A stretch of 64,000 nt of DNA from Candidatus Doudnabacteria bacterium (GTDB taxonomy: Bacteria > Patescibacteriota > Doudnabacteria > UBA920). Where the stretch lies: contig JARLHZ010000004.1 of NCBI GenBank assembly GCA_031291995.1, positions 5,272 to 69,271 on the forward strand, written 5' to 3'. The position numbers and the translations under genes were made by a program. Under the pieces are notes generated by a model. The model was not told where the DNA came from, made no database searches, and worked only from the letters and a program-made list of their open reading frames with translations. Positions 28,046 through 37,748 of the stretch are shown here, piece after piece (the first letter of the stretch is position 1; the number at the start of each line of letters is the position of its first letter).

Positions 28046-31000
28046 ATGGCCCAAGCAGCAACAACCGGAATTGACTCGGCGTCATCATCTGGAATACAGC
28101 CAACACCGGGACGTTCGACGGGAGGCGGGTCCAGAAAACCCAAGCTGATTGTTTTGGGCAAGCCGTTTTCCGGCGGAGCGTTTGTCTCTTACGTGTTTGT
28201 TAACGGCAAACCGGCTCCGGCAAATACCGCGGCGCAGTTAAAGCCGGGCGACGAAATCGCCATTGCCGGCGGCGGTTTGGTCGGGTTTTTAAGTTGGACA
28301 TTTTTCCAGCTGGGCCGCCCGGGAAAACCAATCGCGATTTTAACCGCGCACAGCGACAGCCGCGTGGTTTTTCAGGCGCCCGACTGGCATAACGCGTTTG
28401 ACCCGGGCCTGCCGATAATGCTCGCGTTTACCGACAAAGACAAAAATTCGGTATGGGGAATTCCGGTGTCTTTTTCCTTTGGCGAAGAATCCGAAAAAGA
28501 CCAGCAGCGGGCCGGGGGTAAAAAAATAGAAGACCAGCTAAATCGCAAGTTCGGTGAAGGGCAAAAAACCGGAGACGGTAATCTGGCAATGGAAGCGACC
28601 GGCGCGGCGCTCGCGGGTGTTTTGTCGCCGTTTATGCCGGGAGCCGATAAGGCGGCGGCGCGCGATGCTTTGGCTGCCGCTTTTAAATCGGGAGACTATA
28701 AGAAAGTTGAACAGGCAATCAACAATCTTAAAACGATGGGCAAGGATGGTGCTGAAATCATGCGGGAGTTCAGGGGTGTGCCGCCGCAGTTTCGATCGCT
28801 TTTAGACAAGGCTATTATTGATATAAATAATCAGACGATAACAAAGGCGGAGGTCGTAAGTAACTTGGAGAAAATCGCCGACACGGCTAATGTTGATGAC
28901 TTTGATGCTGAACAGGAGGGTGGCGGCCAACAAATTCAGACTTCAGAGGAAATATCATCAGCAACGTCAGGCGGCGGACAGTCCACTGTAAGCGTTCAGG
29001 AATCAGGCGGCGATGGGGCCTCATCTACAGTTGCAAGTTCAGGTTCCGCGGGCGGTACGGTTTCCTCAACGGTTACCGGTTCCGGCGATGGGGCGGGTAG
29101 CTCTACGGTCAATACCAACCAAAAGAGTACGGCGGAAATTAATCAACAGTCCACGGCGCGGGCGGCGTCGGGTGGCGGGGGCGGGACAAAAGTTACCGGT
29201 CAGGCTCAGGCGAGCGCGGGAGTTTCGGGGCAAGTTCCGATATCGGCCGGTAACCAGCAATCCTCCAAAGTCAGTAGCGGGATTTCCGGCGGCGTATCTG
29301 CAGCGGCAGGCGCAGGAATTGCGGCTGCGGTTGATTCAGCAGTCGGCGGGTTAAAAATTAGTTCAGTTGCCACAAAAGGACCGGCAGGTCCGGAAACTTT
29401 GCCAAAAAAACCGTCCGGCGAGTCGGCTGTTCTTGTGCAACCGGCCGGCGGGCAAAAATTGAACGTTACCGCGAAACTGGACCAGCGGACATTATCGGAT
29501 GTATCTGGCAAGCCTCAGGGTCAAGGGTTGGTTCCGGCATCTTTGATGAAAACCGGCGCTCCTGCGGGCTCGCCATCGGCAAAACAAGTGGGCAAGGGGC
29601 GAGGGGAAGTTGGCGGGGCTGCAAAAATGCAAGGATCGAAACAAGAAAATATCGCGCGCCCGTCCCCGCAGGAAGTTAATTTAAAATTAGAAACCCAAAC
29701 AATTTTAAAAGCGGAGGCAAAGACTGAAACTCCGACCGCATCTGAAGTCCCGTCCGGGATGAAAGAGATGTTCGAGAACGAGAGTGTCATGCGCCGGTTG
29801 AGTTTGGGGCGTGAAATTGCGGAACAGCAACCGGCCGAACCACCGTCTGGCGATAGCGCTCAACACGGGACTGGCAGGGAGGGCAAAGATCACGGGGCCC
29901 GGGATAAAGAGCCTTCACCGCCACCTCAAATTCCACGACGTCCGGAACCCGGAGAAATTAAGGAAGCCTTAAAGCCGCCAGCTCCTTTGCCGCCGAACCC
30001 GAAAGGGGAGTCAAATGCCGCTGGCGCGGCATCGGAAGGCCAGGGGCCTGAATCGGGACGCGAACCCAATGTCCCCGGGGAGCATTTGAACGCGCCTGCG
30101 TCTCCGGAAAATTTGGGCGAAGGCGGCCCGGGTGCGGCGGCCGGTGGAGCGCCGGTAGCGGCCGGTCAAGGTGAGGGTGGTACAGCCGGTCAAGGGGAAG
30201 AAGAAGCCGAGGAAGACGCGGCCGACGAAACGGGAGCTGGAGCGGCGGGTCGCCAGCCAGGTATGCCGGCAGTGCCTGTGCCGGGAGTGGCGGCCGGCAA
30301 GACCGGTCAGGGTAAAGGAAAAGGCGAAAAAGATAAACTTATTAAAGAAGCGACCGATTTGGTGAATACGGAGATGAACGGTTTCCTTAGCCAAGGAGCC
30401 ATTTGGGTGTGGGCGGTTGCCATTCCTTCGTTCGGACTTGCCGTAATTTTGGGTGCTGTTGTGGGCGATTTGCTGTTTGCCTTAAAAAAACGCCTGATTA
30501 AAATGGCGCTGGATAAAGTTTGGATTGCCAAAACTATTGTGGGTGACGAAATAACTCCCGACGAAATTGCCGACAACATCAATTTTAGCGTGGGCGTTAA
30601 GGCCAATGTCGCGGTAATGAATTTGATAACGGTATTAATGGTAGTACTTGTGATTATTTTTACCGGCGCGGTGGCATACTTAGGCTGTACATGGCCGCTG
30701 GGCAAGACAGTTGCCAGCGCGACAAATTATCAATTTACTATTTTAGGCGCCGCCGGTCTTAGTGGTGTTTGCCAGTCGATGACAAATGTTAATGTGTCAT
30801 TAAATAATTCCATTAATGCCTCCACCCCCGTCGGCTCCTGCGCCATTCTGCCTTCCGGAATCGCCACGCCGGGGCAGTTGGCTTTGACTTGTTTCGGGTC
30901 CAATCCCACCATAGACGCAACCGCCTCAATTGTCGCGGCGCATGAAAGCGGCGGGAACCCCGCAATTCCAAGCTCTGTAGATATATGCCAGCCCGGAGGA

Positions 31001-31294
31001 CAGCCGGTGTCGTTTGGACTATTTCAAATTAACATTACCAACCATAAAATTAACGGCCTTAACTGCCCGGCGGCATTCGATTATCCCGCCGGAGTCAGTC
31101 CGCGCGAATATGATGCCAACAACCATCAATGTACGATTGTAGATCAAACGTTATATAATAACTGTGTGACCGCGGCGGAAACAGCGGAATATAACATTGC
31201 GGCGGCCTGTCAAATTTCCGGCAACGGGACCAACTGGGGCGCCTGGCAGGCCGACATTAACGCTTGCGGGATTAGTAAAACAATTAGTCCATAA
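28046..31294 (+). CDS. Large membrane protein with low-complexity region and C-terminal lysozyme-like/lytic transglycosylase domain
   Basis: IVAAHESGGNP and SFGLFQIN (SLT catalytic Glu and GLxQ motif) after two TM segments. Confidence 0.8.
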   Translation: MAQAATTGIDSASSSGIQPTPGRSTGGGSRKPKLIVLGKPFSGGAFVSYVFVNGKPAPANTAAQLKPGDEIAIAGGGLVGFLSWTFFQLGRPGKPIAILTAHSDSRVVFQAPDWHNAFDPGLPIMLAFTDKDKNSVWGIPVSFSFGEESEKDQQRAGGKKIEDQLNRKFGEGQKTGDGNLAMEATGAALAGVLSPFMPGADKAAARDALAAAFKSGDYKKVEQAINNLKTMGKDGAEIMREFRGVPPQFRSLLDKAIIDINNQTITKAEVVSNLEKIADTANVDDFDAEQEGGGQQIQTSEEISSATSGGGQSTVSVQESGGDGASSTVASSGSAGGTVSSTVTGSGDGAGSSTVNTNQKSTAEINQQSTARAASGGGGGTKVTGQAQASAGVSGQVPISAGNQQSSKVSSGISGGVSAAAGAGIAAAVDSAVGGLKISSVATKGPAGPETLPKKPSGESAVLVQPAGGQKLNVTAKLDQRTLSDVSGKPQGQGLVPASLMKTGAPAGSPSAKQVGKGRGEVGGAAKMQGSKQENIARPSPQEVNLKLETQTILKAEAKTETPTASEVPSGMKEMFENESVMRRLSLGREIAEQQPAEPPSGDSAQHGTGREGKDHGARDKEPSPPPQIPRRPEPGEIKEALKPPAPLPPNPKGESNAAGAASEGQGPESGREPNVPGEHLNAPASPENLGEGGPGAAAGGAPVAAGQGEGGTAGQGEEEAEEDAADETGAGAAGRQPGMPAVPVPGVAAGKTGQGKGKGEKDKLIKEATDLVNTEMNGFLSQGAIWVWAVAIPSFGLAVILGAVVGDLLFALKKRLIKMALDKVWIAKTIVGDEITPDEIADNINFSVGVKANVAVMNLITVLMVVLVIIFTGAVAYLGCTWPLGKTVASATNYQFTILGAAGLSGVCQSMTNVNVSLNNSINASTPVGSCAILPSGIATPGQLALTCFGSNPTIDATASIVAAHESGGNPAIPSSVDICQPGGQPVSFGLFQINITNHKINGLNCPAAFDYPAGVSPREYDANNHQCTIVDQTLYNNCVTAAETAEYNIAAACQISGNGTNWGAWQADINACGISKTISP

Positions 31295-31326
31295 ATAGTA
31301 ACGGAATCAACGTTGTGTATTACGGC

Positions 31327-31462
31327 TAAGGCCAGGGCGGCCGGACAAAATTTGTTTTGCCTCTACGCCTTGCCAACGAACGGTGTTGGTAGTAGCAAAG
31401 CTTGGGCGGGCAAGGCGCGGGGCAAAATAATTTTTCCGGCCGCGCCGGCCCATACTTAAGCG
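31327..31462. repeat. ~136-nt long-hairpin element, copy 2
   Basis: Homologous to 4847-4983 with conserved stems and a different loop. Confidence 0.8.
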
Positions 31463-31494
31463 CACAAAACTTAATTCGTCGGGTAAATTGCCAT

Positions 31495-31965
31495 ATGAAA
31501 CCAATATATAAAATTTTAATCGGGGTTATTGTCGGCGGGATATTTTTATTCAGCATCTATTTGGCCGTAACTTCCCAAAAACAGGTCGCCAGCCCTGCAA
31601 CGGTACCGATAACCGGACCAACCTTAACCGTGCCGGCCAAGGGCGGCAGTCTGCCGGTTAGCGATTTTACCAAACATCCCCAGGAAGTTCTTGGGGCCAC
31701 TACCGTAATTAAGCAGAACGACAATTACAGTATTGTCTATTTCCCCGTAGACCAAAGTTTTTTAATTACAATTTTAGCCCAGCCCGTCCAGCAGAACCGC
31801 GATGCCGCGGAACAGCTGTTACTTAGCCAGTTGCAGGTGAGCGAGGCCGATGCCTGCAAACTGGCCGTTTCCTTAACCGTGCCGGCCGGCGTTAGCGAAC
31901 AACTGGCCGGAGTTGACTACGGTTTGAGTTTTTGCCCCAATGGCAAGGCATTTCCGTCACAGTGA
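31495..31965 (+). CDS. Hypothetical membrane-anchored protein
   Basis: Start at MKPIYK; one TM helix; Cys pair (DACKL...LSFCP). Confidence 0.75.
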   Translation: MKPIYKILIGVIVGGIFLFSIYLAVTSQKQVASPATVPITGPTLTVPAKGGSLPVSDFTKHPQEVLGATTVIKQNDNYSIVYFPVDQSFLITILAQPVQQNRDAAEQLLLSQLQVSEADACKLAVSLTVPAGVSEQLAGVDYGLSFCPNGKAFPSQ

Positions 31966-32257
31966 AAGTAGTTCGGCTGTCATATCGAACCTGCGATTAA
32001 ACAGGTTCACAAGCCTGAGTGAGGCCGGAAATCCTGCCGATTTTCCTAGCTGCGGGGCTCCTCGTTCATCCGCTTTCAGCGGATATCACTTCGTCAGACA
32101 ATCCTCGCTGCGGAAAATCGCCAGTATTTCCGGCCTCCGGGTTTGTTCTACTCGAGATTGTGAACTGTTACCACTGTCGAATTTCCCCAATCGGCCATTT
32201 TATGCTATAATACTCGCATAAGTTTTTCCACAGAATTATTTTTGTAACAAAAATAAA

Positions 32258-33445
32258 ATGAATAAAAAAGCCATTGCCATTTTAGGGGCCATATTTGTCT
32301 TGATTGTCGGGACTTTGGGTTTTTTGATATATCTTAAATACTCCGGTTCATCCAAAACCCCGGCTCCTTCCGCGAACCAAAATCAAAATGGAAATCCCGC
32401 CGCCGGCAGCCAGCCTGCCACCACGACAGCCCAAACGACCGGGCAGAATCCGGCTACGACAACTCCCGTTACCGGTCCGCCTCCCGCCATGGGGCTTTTG
32501 ACCTCGGACCAGGTGGTTTCACCCGCTTTATTTTTTAACGGCGGAGGTATAACCTATTTCGACAACCAGGGAAATTTATTCCAGGCGGCAATACAAACTA
32601 ACGCGGGGCAGTTGTCGTTAACCGGCAAAAAGCAACTGGATATCCCCACAAAGTCCAGCATCACAAAAATTTTCTGGCCGCAAAAAGGCAACGATTTTAT
32701 AATCCAGACCAATAATCCCGTCACCGGCCGGTACTCCTGGAGTTATTTTAACAGCACACTTGGGACTTATACCGATTTCCCGCCTCAGGTCGCGTCTTTT
32801 GACTGGATGCCAAACGGAACCCAAATCGCGTATATTTGGATAAACGGCGGCAAAGCAGTTTTGGAAGCGGGAGATCCGGCATTTAAATCATGGCAGAAAA
32901 TCGGGGATTTATATCAAAATGACAATGTTATAAGCGTGTCGCCGGACGGATCACAAATATTGTTTTACGAATCCGAGCCCGCCGGGACGCAAAATCCGAT
33001 TAATTCGGTGAGCATAGACGGTAAAGTCTGGAAGGGACTTATTAAAGACGGCTTTAATTACGGCGTGTTGTGGAGTCCGGATGGTCAGAAGTTTATTTTT
33101 GGGAAAAAAGATCCGGTCAGCCTTCAATTCCAATTGTGGTATGACAATTTGGCTTCCGGAGAAACTAAGAATTTGGGATTATTTACCACTACGCAAAAAG
33201 CCGTTTGGGGGTCTGACAGTAATACCATTTACGCCGCGGTGCCATCTTCGCCTGCCGCCAACCCAAACAGCCTGACCAACGACACTTTTTTCCGATTAAA
33301 CACAACTACTCTGGACAAACAGCAGTTCAGCATCGGTAATACGCCGGTGGACGGAGAAAATTTGTTTTTGAGTACGGATGGAAATGACCTGTTTTTTAAG
33401 AACGCGCAGGACGGCGGCTTGTATTATTTGAACGTTGCCCAATAG
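32258..33445 (+). CDS. Membrane-anchored TolB/PD40-like beta-propeller protein
   Basis: Repeated WxPxG motifs (WMPNG, VSPDG, WSPDG, WGSDS, LSTDG). Confidence 0.8.
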   Translation: MNKKAIAILGAIFVLIVGTLGFLIYLKYSGSSKTPAPSANQNQNGNPAAGSQPATTTAQTTGQNPATTTPVTGPPPAMGLLTSDQVVSPALFFNGGGITYFDNQGNLFQAAIQTNAGQLSLTGKKQLDIPTKSSITKIFWPQKGNDFIIQTNNPVTGRYSWSYFNSTLGTYTDFPPQVASFDWMPNGTQIAYIWINGGKAVLEAGDPAFKSWQKIGDLYQNDNVISVSPDGSQILFYESEPAGTQNPINSVSIDGKVWKGLIKDGFNYGVLWSPDGQKFIFGKKDPVSLQFQLWYDNLASGETKNLGLFTTTQKAVWGSDSNTIYAAVPSSPAANPNSLTNDTFFRLNTTTLDKQQFSIGNTPVDGENLFLSTDGNDLFFKNAQDGGLYYLNVAQ

Positions 33446-33448
33446 GAA

Positions 33449-33640
33449 TAAACTGACAAGATTGACATAATTGAACAAAATTGACAAGATTATCATAGTA
33501 TAACCTTGTCAATTTTTTTTGGCTCGGCATTCTTTACACCAGGAACTACTTAGCAAAAATCGTTTATGATATTCCTGTCAATCCTGTCAATCCTGTCAAT
33601 CTTGTCAATCTTGTCAATCATTTTACTCTTGTCAATCATC
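33449..33640. repeat. Inverted nonamer array (TTGACAAGA / TC(C/T)TGTCAA)
   Basis: Left arm tgacaagattgacataattga; right arm 5-6 tandem copies of (c/t)tgtcaatc just before the radA ATG. Confidence 0.85.
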
Positions 33641-33642
33641 CC

Positions 33643-34977
33643 ATGCCCAAATCATCCGTAGTCTTCATTTGCTCCAACTGCCAGTATAGTTCGCCGCGTT
33701 GGCAGGGCAAGTGTCCCAATTGCGGGCAGTGGAATACCCTGGTGGAAAGCCGGGTTAAAATATCAAATTCCAAACATCAAATTTCCAAAGCCGCCGAGCC
33801 GGTGGATTTGGCAATGGTGGATATTAGCCAGCGAGCCAAAATTGTCAGCGGCATATCCGAGTTTGACGACGTGCTGGGCGGGGGCTTTGTTCCGGGCAGT
33901 TTGGTTCTGCTCGGCGGCGACCCCGGTATTGGCAAATCCACATTGGCTTTGCAGATTTCCATGCGGCTGGGAGAAAAAGTTTTGTATGTGTCCGGCGAAG
34001 AATCGGTCCATCAGATAAAATTGCGCTCGGGCCGGGTCAGTGAAAGCCAGCAGCTAAATGTTTTAGCCGAAACGGATTTGGACGCGGTTTTGGCGTCGAT
34101 AGAAGCACGGTCTCCTGAATTGGTGGTTATTGATTCCATCCAAACAATGTACAGCCAGGAGGCCAGCGGCGTGGCCGGCGGCGTGGCGCAGGTTACATCG
34201 GCAGTGCAAAAAATTATGCGCTTGGCCAAGCAAAATCACATTTCTTTTATTTTAATCGGCCATGTTACCAAAGAAGGTTATTTGGCCGGACCTAAAACTT
34301 TGGAGCATATGGTGGACACAGTGTTGTACCTGGAAGGGGAGCGGTTCGCCAGTTTTCGCATTTTGCGATGCGTGAAAAACCGCTTCGGGACAACCAATGA
34401 GGTGGGAGTGTTTGAGATGCAGGGACAGGGTCTGGCCGAAGTTAAAAACCCATCGCAGTTGTTTTTGGGCGAGGAACAAATGCAGGCCAGCGGGAATATT
34501 ATAACATCGGTAATGGAGGGCAGCCGGGCTCTTTTGCTGGAAATTCAGGCTTTAACTTCCGCAACCAACTTTGGTTACCCAAAGCGCACCACGGCCGGTT
34601 TTGATGTTAACCGCCTGCAGCTGCTTACCGCCATTCTTTCCAAGCGGGCGGGGCTAAATTTAGCCAACCAGGACATTTATATTAATGTTGTCGGCGGCAT
34701 AAAAATAGACGAGCCGGCCGCCGATTTAGCCGTGGCGCTGGCCATTGTCAGCAGTTTAAAAGAAGCGGTGGTAGCCGATACTATTGTCGTAGGGGAATTG
34801 GGGCTTTCCGGCGAAGTCCGCTACGTGCCAAACTTGGAGAAACGGATTAAAGAAGCGGAAAAATTGGGATTCAAAAAAATTATCTGCCCCCGCATGCGCC
34901 AAGGTTATGATATTAAAAACGCAAAAATAAAAATCCTGCCGGTAAAAACCTTGCAGGAAGCGATAAACTTAATATAA
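33643..34977 (+). CDS. radA: DNA repair protein RadA/Sms
   Basis: CxxC...CxxC zinc finger, GDPGIGKST, KNRFG, GELGLSGE. Confidence 0.97.
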   Translation: MPKSSVVFICSNCQYSSPRWQGKCPNCGQWNTLVESRVKISNSKHQISKAAEPVDLAMVDISQRAKIVSGISEFDDVLGGGFVPGSLVLLGGDPGIGKSTLALQISMRLGEKVLYVSGEESVHQIKLRSGRVSESQQLNVLAETDLDAVLASIEARSPELVVIDSIQTMYSQEASGVAGGVAQVTSAVQKIMRLAKQNHISFILIGHVTKEGYLAGPKTLEHMVDTVLYLEGERFASFRILRCVKNRFGTTNEVGVFEMQGQGLAEVKNPSQLFLGEEQMQASGNIITSVMEGSRALLLEIQALTSATNFGYPKRTTAGFDVNRLQLLTAILSKRAGLNLANQDIYINVVGGIKIDEPAADLAVALAIVSSLKEAVVADTIVVGELGLSGEVRYVPNLEKRIKEAEKLGFKKIICPRMRQGYDIKNAKIKILPVKTLQEAINLI

Positions 34978-35176
34978 AAAGAAGAAGCCGGACAAACTTT
35001 GGGGTGCATTCCGGCAGTTTGTCCGACTCTCCGTACCGCCCGGCCGACGCGTAGCCGTGAGCAGTACGAACTTGAAGTAAGAGATGTCACCGAAAGCCCA
35101 TGCATTTAACCCTCCGCAAGGAAACCGATACGGATTCGGCTATTGCTTTTGGGTGAGCCTTGGGTGATGTCTCCTG

Positions 35177-35506
35177 CTAGGATGTGAGCGGCTTGTAATC
35201 GAGGCCGTTGACCCAAAGCAGGCTGCGACTAGCCTGTTTCAGTAACGGAGCCGTGCCAAGTATTTCCAGGGTCTTAACCGGTATTGCCCTGGTTTCCTTC
35301 TCCCCGTCGCGGCGACCTATTAGGATCAGGTGCCGTTGTTTTATTGAAAGCACGATCGCGTGCACTTCAATATAACTCAGGGTTTCATGTTTTCGCGAAA
35401 GAAGCCATGCGCGATTGTTGATGACCGCTCTTGCGGTATCGATTTCAGTTGAGATCGAAAAGGGGTCCGGGTCAACCCACTTTTTAACCAGTTTCCTCGT
35501 CATCAT
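35177..35506 (-). CDS. Hypothetical protein
   Basis: 109-aa ORF preceded by an AGGAG RBS-like sequence. Confidence 0.5.
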   Translation of the reverse strand: MMTRKLVKKWVDPDPFSISTEIDTARAVINNRAWLLSRKHETLSYIEVHAIVLSIKQRHLILIGRRDGEKETRAIPVKTLEILGTAPLLKQASRSLLWVNGLDYKPLTS

Positions 35507-35597
35507 TTCTATTCTCCTAGTCTACAATATCAATACCCCTCTTTTTAAATTGAATAAATTTTACAATAAATGAGGGAAATAAGCAAATTTTTTTATT

Positions 35598-37655
35598 TTA
35601 TTCAAAATGCACAACCTTGTCTTTTATTTTTTCTTTCAAACTTGGGTAGCTGTCCAAATTTAAATCATCAGTTAAAATCGCCAATGCTTCCTGGCGGGCG
35701 GGCTGGATGAGGGAGGTGTAGGAGGGGTCGAAGTATTTAAAGTTCCAGCCGCTTTGGGTTTGACCGTACATTTCGCCGAAGCCGCGCTGTTTTAAGTCTA
35801 GTTCGGCCAGTTCAAAACCGTCGTTGGTTTTGGTAAATTCAGTCAGCCGGTTTACCGTATCCGGATTTTGGTTATCGGAAAATAAAAAGCAATAGCTTTG
35901 GTGCTCCGCGCGGCCGACGCGCCCGCGGAACTGGTGGAGCTGGGCCAAGCCGAAACGGTCGGCACCTTCTATAATAATCGTGGAGGCATTTGGCACATCC
36001 ACCCCAACTTCGATTACGGAGGTGGAAACCAGTATTTGGGTTTTATTGTTCAAGAAATCTTTCATTGCCGCTTCTTTTTCCGGGCCTTTTAATCGGCCAT
36101 GCATTAGGCCGATTTGAAAAGTTGGAAATACCTTTTTAAGGTTTACTTGTTCCGATTTGGCGGATTTTACCCCGAGCTTATCGCTTTCTTCAATCAACGG
36201 GGTAATAACAAAAACCTGCCTGCCGGCCGTGACCTGTTTGGTTATGAACTCATAGGCCTTTTCGCGGTTAGTCGCGTTAACCAGCTTGGTGACAATATTT
36301 TTGCGGCCTGCCGGCTTGCTTTTAATTTGCGAAATGTCGAGTTCGCCGTAAACCGCCAGCTGTAAAGTTCGGGGGATGGGCGTCGCGCTTAAAGACAACA
36401 AATGGGGGACTTTGCCCCGGGTATTTATCAGTTGGGCACGCTGCTCCACCCCGAACCGGTGCTGTTCGTCTATAACAACCAAAGCCAATTTTTTAAATTT
36501 AATATTTTTCTGCAGAAGCGCGTGGGTGCCGATGTAAAGACCGGGCATTCCTTCTTTAATAAGCGCCGAAAGCTTGTCTTTTTTTTCCGGTTTGTTGTTC
36601 AGCAGGCAGTAATTATTGGTTATAAGCGCGCATCGCGCATTAAAATTTACGGGCGATTTACAAAACAGGCCATGGGCAGTTTGATAATGCTGGCTGGCTA
36701 AAATTTCCGTGGGCGCCAACAATACTGCCTGGTATCCGTCCGAAATTGCCTGCAGGGCGGCAATAAGCGCCACCAAAGTCTTGCCGCTGCCTACGTCTCC
36801 TTCCAAAAGCCGGTTCATCGGCAAGGGCTTTTGCATATCCTGTAAAACATTCCAGGCCGATTTTCGCTGGTCGGCCGTCAGTTTAAACGGCAGGCTTGCC
36901 ACAAAATTTTTAACCACGTTTTCTTCAAATTTTACAGCGTACGCCTTTTTTTCGGACAGTTTTATTTTATGCCGCCGCGCGGCCAGCTGGTTATAAAAAA
37001 TTTCCTCAAATGCCAGGCGTTTTCTAGCCTCGGCCATCCCGTCCGGGCTATCGGGGAAGTGTGACTGCTTTATCGTGGCGTCTATATCCATCAGCGCTTG
37101 GTGCTTAAGAATATCCGAGGGCAGGTTATCGGCAATCTGTCCCGACAAAGGTAAAACTTGGGCGACCAAATTACGGAAGGTTTTGGGGTAAATGCTTTGT
37201 TTTAAATGGTAGAGGGGTACCAGGCGCGCAGTATGAATCGGGAAGTCCGACAGTTTTTCGTAAATGGGGTTGGTAAGTTGCAGGCTCGATTTATAGTAAT
37301 CCGCCGAACCCGCTAAAAAGATTTCTTCACCGGCGGCCAGGCTTTTGGCCAAATAAGGCTGGTTAAACCAGACAACTTTTATCGATCCGGTATCGTCGGA
37401 TACCACGGCCTCGGCCAGGGCCATACGTCCGTACATGGCAAAGCGTCCCGAAATACTGTTTATCTTTACTTTCAGACTGACGTTTTCACCAGGTTTTAAA
37501 TCTATAATTTGTTTGACCCGGGAGAAATCCAGATAGCGGTATGGGAAATACAAAAGTACGTCCCGCGCCGTAAAAAGTCCGAGCTTTTTTAAAGCCGCAA
37601 TTTGCGGCTTTTGGAGTTTGAAAAAATTTTCGATCGGGGAGTCTAGTTCCGGCAT
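35598..37655 (-). CDS. recG: ATP-dependent DNA helicase RecG
   Basis: RLLEGDVGSGKT, DEQHRFG, SATPIPRT, HQFRGRVGR. Start set at MPELD because the upstream in-frame ATG lies inside the tRNA. Confidence 0.96.
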   Translation of the reverse strand: MPELDSPIENFFKLQKPQIAALKKLGLFTARDVLLYFPYRYLDFSRVKQIIDLKPGENVSLKVKINSISGRFAMYGRMALAEAVVSDDTGSIKVVWFNQPYLAKSLAAGEEIFLAGSADYYKSSLQLTNPIYEKLSDFPIHTARLVPLYHLKQSIYPKTFRNLVAQVLPLSGQIADNLPSDILKHQALMDIDATIKQSHFPDSPDGMAEARKRLAFEEIFYNQLAARRHKIKLSEKKAYAVKFEENVVKNFVASLPFKLTADQRKSAWNVLQDMQKPLPMNRLLEGDVGSGKTLVALIAALQAISDGYQAVLLAPTEILASQHYQTAHGLFCKSPVNFNARCALITNNYCLLNNKPEKKDKLSALIKEGMPGLYIGTHALLQKNIKFKKLALVVIDEQHRFGVEQRAQLINTRGKVPHLLSLSATPIPRTLQLAVYGELDISQIKSKPAGRKNIVTKLVNATNREKAYEFITKQVTAGRQVFVITPLIEESDKLGVKSAKSEQVNLKKVFPTFQIGLMHGRLKGPEKEAAMKDFLNNKTQILVSTSVIEVGVDVPNASTIIIEGADRFGLAQLHQFRGRVGRAEHQSYCFLFSDNQNPDTVNRLTEFTKTNDGFELAELDLKQRGFGEMYGQTQSGWNFKYFDPSYTSLIQPARQEALAILTDDLNLDSYPSLKEKIKDKVVHFE

Positions 37656-37659
37656 AAAA

Positions 37660-37736
37660 TGGTGCACCCGGCTGGAATCGAACCAGCGGCCTTTCCCTTC
37701 GGAGGGGAACGCTCTGATCCACTGAGCTACGGATGC
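37660..37736 (-). tRNA. tRNA-Arg(CCG)
   Basis: GCATCCG...TTCCC-CT-CCG-AA-GGGAA...GGTTCGATTCC...CGGGTGCACCA cloverleaf. Confidence 0.96.
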
Positions 37737-37748
37737 AGAATAATCGCG

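Noticed and set aside
16171-31294. Integrative conjugative element or prophage
   Set aside because: No integrase, relaxase, att repeats or phage structural genes; the cluster is embedded among housekeeping genes.
33449-33640. Cluster of -35 boxes or an SOS-type operator array before radA
   Set aside because: The TTGACA matches come from the 9-mer repeat unit, and the layout matches the other inverted arrays.
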